Assembly (NCBI RefSeq): GCF_006345805.1
Contig: NW_021826371.1
Location: 1-12,946, forward strand
DNA: 12,946 nucleotides
Reading direction: 5' to 3'
Source: Octopus sinensis
Lineage: Eukaryota
Shown here: piece by piece, positions 1-7,126 of the stretch
Layout of the letters: every line of letters starts with the position of its first letter
Position numbering within the stretch: the first letter of the stretch is position 1
Translations under genes and position numbers: made by a program
Notes under the pieces: model-generated
What the model was told of the DNA's origin: nothing
Database searches by the model: none
What the model saw: the letters and a program-made list of their open reading frames with translations, nothing else

Positions 1-9
1 TGATGATGG

Positions 10-40
<31 letters not shown>

Positions 41-93
41 GATGGTTATGATGATGATGGTGATGATGATGATGGTGATGATGATGATGATGA
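1..93. repeat. (TGA)n microsatellite with TGG interruptions, running off the window start
   Basis: Direct reading of tgatgatggtgatgatg... Confidence 0.97.
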
Positions 94-202
94 AGGGCTA
101 GTAAGAAGTGGGAGCGTGTTTTGTGAAGTTATCCTAAGTATTGAACTTCCTTGGAACATTCTCGAAAATACCTGCATATAAGGAATTTTAAAACATCCTC
201 AC

Positions 203-418
203 GCATACACATACACATACACAAACACACATACACATTTATATATACGTGTGCTCGCCCACATACATAAAAGCACACATGTGCACACGCACGGATACAC
301 ATCAATATGCGCACAAACATATATGCATATAGATTTGCACACGAGTAAATACACATACAAACATACGTACATGCATACGCACATCCACGTACACACACAT
401 ATACATATCTATATGTAT
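203..418. repeat. Degenerate (CA)n/(TACA)n low-complexity tract
   Basis: Alternating purine-pyrimidine CA/TA/CG tract; source of the spurious HTHT/CVCV ORFs at 129-574. Confidence 0.9.
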
Positions 419-641
419 ACTCTTTTACTCTTTTACTCTTTTACTTGTCTCAGTCATTTGACTGCGGCCGGCCGCTGGCAGCACACGCCTTTAATCGAGC
501 AACTCGACCCGGGACTTTTCTTTTGTAAGCCCAGTACGTATTCTATCGGTCTCTTTTGCCGAACCGCTAAGTGACGGGGACATAAACACGCCAGCATCGG
601 TTGTCAAGCAATGCTAGGGAGACAAACACAGACACACAAAC

Positions 642-676
<35 letters not shown>

Positions 677-847
677 CATATATACGACGGGCTTCTTTCA
701 GTTTCCATCTACCAAATCCACTCACAAGGCATTGGTCCACCCGGGGCTATAGCAGAAGACACTTGCCCAAGATGCCACGCAGTGGGACTGAACCCGGAAC
801 CATGTGGTTGGTTAGCAAGCTACTTACCACACAGCCACTCCTGCGCC
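419..847 (-). mobile_element. Family A tRNA-derived SINE, full length, with 7-bp target-site duplication
   Basis: On - strand: GGCGCAGGAGTGGCTGTGTGG head with A/B boxes, internal (TA)n(TG)n tract, (GTAAAAGA)n tail. TATGTAT at 412-418 and 848-854 flanks it as a TSD. Near-identical copies at 4338-4754 and 5678-6089. Confidence 0.95.
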
Positions 848-1172
848 TATGTATGAGGCGAATTTTTAATTTTTCGCAATTCGAGTTTCACGTCAGCCTA
901 AAGATCGTTATGGCATGAAACTTGAGTTGCGAGAAAAATATAGTCAGTTTAAATAAATAAACTGATCTGCTAGAAAGAGAAGACCGATTTCTCTCAAATC
1001 ATATTTCAACAGCTTAAAAATACTAAGGATTATATGGGACGTGCATGTTTAGATATTATACTGTACCTCAGAAGCGGTGGTTGAAGGATGGAACGAGACA
1101 GGTGGGTTAGTCACGACTGGATTAATTTGTTAATTGTGTCTTTGTTTATTGGAATTGACCTGGGGGCTAAAT

Positions 1173-1195
1173 AACAACAACAACAACAACAACAA
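1173..1195. repeat. (AAC)n microsatellite
   Basis: Direct reading. Confidence 0.95.
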
Positions 1196-1197
1196 TA

Positions 1198-1496
1198 TTC
1201 GAAGAAATTTAATCGAAAGAATTGACCTCAGTATTATTTTTAAAGCCTTGTACTTTTCTATCGATCTCCTTTGCTGAACCGCTAGATAACGGGGGACGTA
1301 AACACACCAACATCAGTTGTCAAGTGACGGTGGATAGACAAATACAGACACACATACATTCACACAAACATACATACACGCGCACAGACACAAAGACACA
1401 CACACACACACACGACGGGCTTCTTTCAGTTTCCGTCTACCAAATCTACTCACAAGGCATTCTTCGGCTCGGAGCCATAGTAGAAGACATTTGACC
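1198..1496 (-). mobile_element. Diverged internal fragment of family A SINE (older variant), lacking head and tail
   Basis: gaaccgctag...gggacgtaaacacaccaacatcagttgtcaag...gacgggcttctttcagtttccgtctaccaaatctactcacaaggcatt aligns to the copy at 419-847 with many substitutions. Confidence 0.9.
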
Positions 1497-1517
1497 TGTG
1501 GTTACGGAATAAAAAGG

Positions 1518-1706
1518 ACAACAACAACAACAACCAGCAACAACACAGCAGCAGCAGCAGCAGCAGCAGCAATATTAAAACAGTAACCGTAGTCTGTTGA
1601 AGCCCACCCCGTCGAAACTCCTAATAAACCTTTCAACTTTGACAACATCATTAGCAAGAACAGAGATAACAACAACGACAACAACAACATTATAAGCAAT
1701 AACAAC
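1518..1706. repeat. Compound (AAC)n/(CAG)n tract (1518-1572) plus degenerate (AAC)n (about 1667-1706)
   Basis: Direct reading. Confidence 0.85.
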
Positions 1707-1936
1707 TATTCAACACTGACAATAAACATTATCAGTGAGAACACCGCCCCACCGCCCCCGCACTTCCTTCCTCGCGTTACATTCATTTTCACCCCCCTCC
1801 TCTCTTTTCAGTCTACCTTCATCGCAATCAACTTCTTCTCCTTCCTCCTTCTTCGCTATTAAAGCAATATTATGTGAAAGTTGAGCTCCTATCAACAATA
1901 AACAGTATTATCAGTATGTGTATAGTTTATCTGAGC

Positions 1937-2180
1937 ATGTATGTATGTGTGATGTTATGTGTGTATGTATGTATGTATGTATGTATGTATGTATGTATGT
2001 ATGTATGTATGTATGTAGTATTATGTACGTATTATGTATGTGTGTATGTATGTATGTATGTATGTATGTATGTATGTATGTGTGTATGTATGTATGTATG
2101 TATGTATGTATGTATGTATGTATGTATGTATGTATGTGTGTATGTATGTATGTAAGTATGTATGTATGTAGGTAGGTATG
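1937..2180. repeat. (ATGT)n microsatellite
   Basis: Long near-perfect tetranucleotide run ending at the head of the next SINE. Confidence 0.97.
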
Positions 2181-2184
2181 GGTA

Positions 2185-2337
2185 GGCGCAGTAGTGGCTG
2201 TGTGGTAAGTAGCTTGCTTACCAACCACATGGTTCCGGGTTCAGTCCCACAGCGTGGCACCTTGGGCAAGTGTCTTCTACGATAGCCTCGGGCCTTGTGA
2301 GTGGGTTTGGTAGATGGAAACTCAAAGAAGCCCGTCG

Positions 2338-2371
<34 letters not shown>

Positions 2372-2527
2372 TGTATGTATGTATGTATGTATGTATGTAT
2401 GTATGTATGTATGTGTGTGTATGTTTGTGTCTGTGTTTGTCTCCTTAGCATTGCTTGACAACCGATGCTGGTGTGTTTATGTCCTCGTCACTTAGCGGTT
2501 TGGCAAAAGAGACCGATAGAATAAGTA
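2185..2527 (+). mobile_element. Family A SINE, 3'-truncated, with internal tract expanded to (ATGT)n
   Basis: GGCGCAGTAGTGGCTGTGTGG head at 2185; homology ends at ...gaccgatagaataagta (2527), where the Penelope-like repeat begins. Confidence 0.93.
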
Positions 2528-2528
2528 A

Positions 2529-2718
2529 AATTCACATAAAAAACAAAACAAAAGACGAAGACAGATGGTGTAGATAACAAACAAATATATTAGTATAACG
2601 CTCGGGAAGCGAGAAAGTCTTTAACGTTTCGAGCCTACGCTCTTCCACAGAAAGGAACACAGAAAGAAACATGGAGAGAAAATAAAGAATGTGTAGTGAC
2701 TAGCGATCTATCATGGCA
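2529..2718 (-). mobile_element. Short interspersed repeat resembling a Penelope-like element pseudo-LTR, copy 1
   Basis: Reverse complement of 9251-9418; contains the hammerhead-like motif at 2619-2654. Repeat status is seen directly; the Penelope assignment is inferred from the motif. Confidence 0.75.
2619..2654 (-). ncRNA. Minimal type-I hammerhead ribozyme-like motif (variant core), copy 1
   Basis: - strand reads CUUU-CUGUGGA-A-GAG-cguagg-CUC-GAAAC-GUU-AAAG, identical to 9315-9350. Confidence 0.5.
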
Positions 2719-2743
2719 TACATTTACATATGCACATATATAA

Positions 2744-2745
<2 letters not shown>

Positions 2746-2774
<29 letters not shown>
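2746..2774. repeat. (CA)n microsatellite
   Basis: Direct reading. Confidence 0.95.
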
Positions 2775-2779
<5 letters not shown>

Positions 2780-2905
2780 CTGCACGCACACTCAGTTTAA
2801 GGTACACATTGTTAAGGTAAACATTGCTCTGCTTATTTCATTCTCCTTCACTTTTCTATACCACATGATCACTAATTAATGTGTGAATATGTGTGCATAT
2901 ATACG

Positions 2906-3208
2906 CCTGTATGTACGTATGTATGTGTGCATGTATGCATGTATGTATGCATGTATGTATGTATGCATGTATGTATGTATGTATGCATGTATGTATGTGT
3001 GTATGTATGTATGTATGTATGTATGTATGTATGTATGTATGTATGTATGTATGTATGTATGTATGTGTGTATGTGTGTATGTATGTATGTATGTATGCAT
3101 GCATGTATGTATGTATGTACGTATGTATGTATGTATGTATGTATGTATGTATGTATGTACGTATGTATGTATGTATGTATGTATGCATGTATGTATGTGT
3201 GTGTGTAT
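2906..3208. repeat. (ATGT)n microsatellite with ATGC/ACGT/GTGT variants
   Basis: Direct reading; source of several MYVC/HTYI ORFs. Confidence 0.97.
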
Positions 3209-3210
3209 AT

Positions 3211-3275
3211 CAGAGAAAGAAAGAGAGGGGGAGAAAAAGAGAAAAGTGTGAAGGAGAGAGAGAGAGAAAGACAGA
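3211..3275. repeat. AG-rich low-complexity tract
   Basis: gagaaagaaagagagggggagaaaaagagaaaag...gagagagagagaaag. Confidence 0.8.
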
Positions 3276-3337
3276 CATACACGTGTTTGATGACATTTAC
3301 ACCAGACACCGGTATCGTAAAAAAACCCGCCCTGTAC

Positions 3338-3399
3338 CCACCACCACCACCATCACCACAATTCCTAGCACCACCACCACCACCACCACCACCACCACC

Positions 3400-3437
<38 letters not shown>

Positions 3438-3441
3438 AATA

Positions 3442-3472
<31 letters not shown>

Positions 3473-3630
3473 TTACTACTACTACTACTACTACTACTAC
3501 TGATAATGAATGATAAGAATATAAGCATTAACAATACCACTACTTCCATAACAAGTACTACTACTACTACTACCACCACTACCACCGTCACTTATCATCA
3601 CAATCACTAACACCTCAAACCTACCACCAC
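3338..3630. repeat. (CCA)n switching to (CTA)n (to about 3501), then a degenerate CTA/CCA tract
   Basis: Direct reading. Confidence 0.93.
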
Positions 3631-3639
3631 AACCTAAAG

Positions 3640-3766
3640 CAAAATTTTTTCAGGGTCCTTAAAATACTATTGTGGGTCCCCAATTAATTATTTTATTGCA
3701 TGCCCCTCTCCCCAAGTTATATATTGACCCTCAGGGGGCCATATGGACCCCAGCTGAAAGCCACTG
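3640..3766. mobile_element. Probable orphan terminus of a hAT (Charlie-like) non-autonomous DNA transposon
   Basis: Ends ...gggggccatatggaccccagctgaaagccactg, resembling hAT ends of the form ggacccc(ag)gttgagaaccactg, followed by 8-bp TTCTAAAT similar to the NTCTAGAN Charlie target. The other end is not found and the start coordinate is approximate. Confidence 0.5.
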
Positions 3767-3809
3767 TTCTAAATGGTTCTAAGCCAGCAACTTTGAACGG
3801 AAGGGGGTC

Positions 3810-3935
3810 AGTCGACACATTCAGCTCCAGTATTAGACAGATACTTAATATTATCGACCCTGGAGGGATAAAAGGCAAAGTTGTCCGCAGCAGGATTTGA
3901 ACTCAAAACGTAAAGAGTCGGAAGATATACCGCTA
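3810..3935 (-). mobile_element. Family B SINE fragment (diverged)
   Basis: tacttaatattatcgaccctggagggataaaaggcaaagttg...ggatttgaactcaaaacgtaa is the reverse complement of the core and B-box of 5310-5541. Confidence 0.85.
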
Positions 3936-4037
3936 GGGGTCGATTAAATAAGCACCAGTTACGCACTGGGGTCAATATAATCGACTTAATCCGTTCGTCC
4001 CCTCTGTGTTTAGCCCCTTGTGGGTAGTAAAGAAATA
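3936..4037 (+). mobile_element. Family B SINE 3' half
   Basis: ggggtcgattaaataagcaccagttacgcactggggtcaatataatcgactt...tgtgtttagccccttgtggg...aagaaata matches 5425-5541 with an internal deletion. Confidence 0.9.
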
Positions 4038-4111
4038 GTATTAGAGTGGTACTTAATATTATCGACCCTGAAAGATAGAAAGGCAAATTTGACCTCGGCG
4101 GGATTTGAACC
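4037..4111 (-). mobile_element. Family B SINE core fragment
   Basis: ggtacttaatattatcgaccctgaaagatagaaaggcaaatttgacctcggcgggatttgaacc. Confidence 0.85.
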
Positions 4112-4176
4112 CCATAAATTTATCGACATTAGAGGGAGGAAAGTTTTAGAACGGAGAGCTAACCGATGTATTTATT

Positions 4177-4335
4177 TCTGGTGTTTATTTCATCGACCCC
4201 CAAAAGGATGAAAGGCAAAGTCGACCCCAGCGGAATTCGAACTTTGAACAAAAATGAGTTGGGGATAAAGAACTGAAATGCATACTGCAAAGGAATCTTT
4301 CCCCGATGCCCTACCGATTCTGCCAACCCGCCGCC
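4177..4335 (-). mobile_element. Family B SINE 5' part (head plus core), diverged
   Basis: atcgacccccaaaaggatgaaaggcaaagtcgaccccagcggaattcgaact...gattctgccaacccgccgcc; the - strand begins GGCGGCGGGTTGGCAGAATC. Confidence 0.85.
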
Positions 4336-4337
4336 AT

Positions 4338-4552
4338 ACTCTCTTTACACTTTTACTTGTTTCAGTCATTTGACTGCGGCCATGCTGGAGCACCGCCTTT
4401 AGTCGAGCAAATCGACCCCGGAACTTATTCTTTGTAAGCCCAGTACTTATTCTATCGGTCTCTTTTGCCGAACCGCTAAGTGACGGGGACGTAAACACAC
4501 CAGCATCGGTTGTCAGGCAATGCTAAGGAGACAAACACAGACACACAAACAC

Positions 4553-4583
<31 letters not shown>

Positions 4584-4754
4584 CATATATACGACAGGCT
4601 TCTTACAGTTTCCGTCTACCAAATCCACTCACAAGGCATTGGTCGGCCCGGGGCTATAGCAGAAGACACTTGCCCAAGATGCCACGCAGGGGGACTGAAC
4701 CCGGAACCATGTGGTTGGTTAGCAAGCTACTTACCTCACGGCCACTCCTGCGCC
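4338..4754 (-). mobile_element. Family A SINE, full length
   Basis: About 95% identical by eye to 5678-6089, in opposite orientation; only a 3-bp CAT match flanks it, so the TSD is uncertain. Confidence 0.95.
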
Positions 4755-4996
4755 CATGATTGAATCTCATAATAAAACCGGAAGTAAACCGAAACAGAAC
4801 CGAACTGATACGTAAGATTACGAAAATAAAAATCTTGTTTCTGTTGTAAGAAGTCAAGCTGTCCGCTTGATGTCAACGTTGTTAAGAAAACACGACCACA
4901 TCTTATATAAATATACAACATTTAATAATTATGAGATTTGTACTACTTGCGAATCTGAATGAATGAGCTAGCTTATTTTATCTTTTAGGTGCCTGT

Positions 4997-5028
4997 CTTA
5001 TCTTATCTTATCTTATCTGTCTGTTTGG

Positions 5029-5091
<63 letters not shown>
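4997..5091. repeat. (CTTAT)n followed by (ATCT)n
   Basis: Direct reading. Confidence 0.93.
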
Positions 5092-5092
<1 letters not shown>

Positions 5093-5172
5093 AAACGTGT
5101 GAGTCTGTGTCTGTGTGTATATTAGCATGCGTATGTATGTAAGCGCACACAAATATTACATTGTTATATTCA

Positions 5173-5173
<1 letters not shown>

Positions 5174-5203
<30 letters not shown>

Positions 5204-5232
5204 CATACATACATACATAGATATATATATAT
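5174..5232. repeat. (ACAT)n plus (AT)n
   Basis: Direct reading. Confidence 0.95.
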
Positions 5233-5309
5233 CTTTCAAATTGAACTTTTGAAAACTCCACCAAAATGGACGAAAGCGCTAATATATAATATATGATATA
5301 AGATATATA

Positions 5310-5541
5310 GGCGGCGAGCTGGAAGAAACGTTAGCACGCCGGGCGAAATGCGTAGCCGTATTTCGTCTGCCGTTACGTTGTGAGTTCAAATTCCGCCGAG
5401 GTCGACTTTGTCTTTCATCCTTTCGGGGTCGATAAATTAAGTACCAGTTACGCACAGGGGTCGATGTAATCGACTTTATCCCTCTTGTCTGTCCTTGTTT
5501 GATCTCTCTGTGTTTAGCCCCTTGTGGGCAATTAAGAAATA
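5310..5541 (+). mobile_element. Family B tRNA-derived SINE, full length, with Meta-domain-like core
   Basis: GGCGGCGAGCTGG head; B-box GAGTTCAAATTCC at 5382-5394; core GAGGTCGACTTTGTCTTTCATCCTTTCGGGGTCGATAAATTAAGTACCAG resembles the MetaSINE domain as I recall it; tail ends CCCCTTGTGGGCAATTAAGAAATA. Confidence 0.9.
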
Positions 5542-5677
5542 TTTGTATATACGTATATGTATATACAAATAAATATCTGTAAATATAAAAACCATCCGAA
5601 TTTCTGAGTACCTCATTTCTTCTAATATAAAATACCTGTACATCATCTCCAAACCTTCTAATATATATATATGTATA

Positions 5678-6089
5678 GGCGCAGGAGTGGCTGTGTGGTA
5701 AGTAGCTTGCTAACCAACCACATGGTTCCGGGTTCAGTCCCACTGCGTGGCATCTCGGGCAAGTGTCTTCTGCTATAGCCCCGGGCCGACCAATGCCTTG
5801 TGAGTGGATTTGGTAGACGGAAACTGAAAGAAGCCTATCGTATATATGTATATATATATATATATATGTGTGTTTGTGTGTCTGTGTTTGTCCTTCTAGC
5901 ATTGCTTGACAACCGATGCTGGTGTGTTTACGTCCCCGTTACTTAGCGGTTCGGCAAAAAAGAGACCGATAGAATAAGTACTGGGCTTACAAAGAATAAG
6001 TCCCGGGGTCGATTTGCTCGATTAAAGGCGGTGCTCCAGCATGGCCGCAGTCAAATGACTGAAACAAGTAAAAGAGTAAAAGAGTAAAA
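5678..6089 (+). mobile_element. Family A tRNA-derived SINE, full length
   Basis: A-box TGGCTGTGTGG 5688-5698; B-box GGTTCAGTCC 5731-5740; CORE-like CTCGGGCAAGTGTCTT; internal (TA)n(TG)n; tail ACTGAAACAA(GTAAAAGA)n. Confidence 0.95.
5688..5740 (+). promoter_or_regulatory. Internal RNA polymerase III type-2 promoter (A box and B box) of the SINE
   Basis: Matches to TRGCNNARYGG-like and GGTTCRANNCC-like boxes with tRNA-like spacing; the same boxes occur in the other family A heads. Confidence 0.7.
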
Positions 6090-6437
6090 CAAAAATAAAT
6101 GTCATTCACATAGTTTTATATCGCATGACGATATTTTGTTCCGAGTGAGCTTCCATACTTTACCAGCCATTCGCCTTCATTTAGCTGAAGCTGGCGTCTT
6201 CGAATTGGTTCCTGTTTGTTTTGCAGAGCCGCTTCCTAACTAAACTCATCCTCCAGCCACTTTCTCTTCTCGTCATTTCCTTGCAGTGCCTTTTTTTCTT
6301 TTATTCGCCACCAATCGCTGTTTTAAACGGTTATTATTATATGTATATATATATGTACTGACACCACCTCCCAGTTCTCGACAGAAGGACCTTCACCCAC
6401 CGTCGTCTTTACCGACATTTTCCCCCTCAAGACTATT

Positions 6438-6635
6438 ACCACCACCGCCACTGCCACCACCACCACCACCACCGCCACTACTACTACCACCACCACCGCC
6501 GCCGCCGCCACCACCACCACCGCCACTACTACCACCATCACCACCACCACCACCACCGCCACCACCACCACCGCCGCCGCCTCCACCGCCTCCGCCGCCG
6601 CCACCACCACCACCACCACCACCACTATAACCACC
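6438..6635. repeat. (CCA)n/(CCG)n/(CTA)n trinucleotide tract
   Basis: Direct reading; produces a polyproline ORF. Confidence 0.92.
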
Positions 6636-6637
6636 GC

Positions 6638-6685
6638 TCTGTCTCTTTCTCTCTCTCCCTCTTTCTCTCTCTCTCTCTCTCTCTC
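6638..6685. repeat. (CT)n microsatellite
   Basis: Direct reading. Confidence 0.95.
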
Positions 6686-6781
6686 ACAATAACTATCATC
6701 ATATCTAGAACAACCACCAATATTACAATAGTCATTAAAACACCGCAACCACGATCACTGCACCACCATCAACACAGTACT

Positions 6782-6850
6782 TGTCTGTCTGCCTGACGGC
6801 CTGCCTGTCTGTCTGCCTGCCTGTCTGCCTGCCTGTCTGTCTACCTGTCT
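6782..6850. repeat. (CTGT/CTGC)n tetranucleotide tract
   Basis: gtctgtctgcctgacggcctgcctgtctgtctgcctg... Confidence 0.9.
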
Positions 6851-6856
6851 GGTTTT

Positions 6857-7089
6857 CCACACACACACTAATATATACAAACATCCACGTGTATTTATCT
6901 GTATATACACATGTATGTATGAATGTATGCGCGCACATACACACACACATACACATATAGACACAAACACACACATGCACGCGCACACGCAAATACACGC
7001 ACACACACAAGCATGTATCCCCCACACAAACACACACACAATCTCTCTTTTTCTCACACACACATGCATGCACACGCATATACGTACAT

Positions 7090-7126
<37 letters not shown>

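Noticed and set aside
470-540. Cluster of small indels and substitutions in the otherwise young SINE at 419-847
   Set aside because: Cannot be distinguished from local sequencing error without reads.
1720-1915. Imperfect direct repeat CAATAAACA(GT A)TTATCAGT at 1720-1736 and 1896-1915, enclosing two CCGCCCC boxes
   Set aside because: Contains a 3-nt indel, and the enclosed DNA has no element hallmarks; it cannot be called a TSD or a promoter.
3810-4335. CRISPR-like recurrence of GTCGA/ATCGAC motifs
   Set aside because: Irregular spacing, mixed orientation, eukaryotic context and no cas genes; explained by SINE fragments.
5678-5750. tRNA gene at the SINE heads
   Set aside because: A/B boxes are present, but there is no complete cloverleaf or terminator and the sequence continues into the SINE body.
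5279-5902. 207-aa minus-strand ORF
   Set aside because: Antisense read-through of two adjacent SINEs; the same peptide pieces recur in the other SINE copies.
6286-6630. Polyproline ORF resembling a formin FH1 region
   Set aside because: It coincides with a CCA/CCG microsatellite flanked by other microsatellites; there is no ATG start, downstream donor site or adjoining domain.
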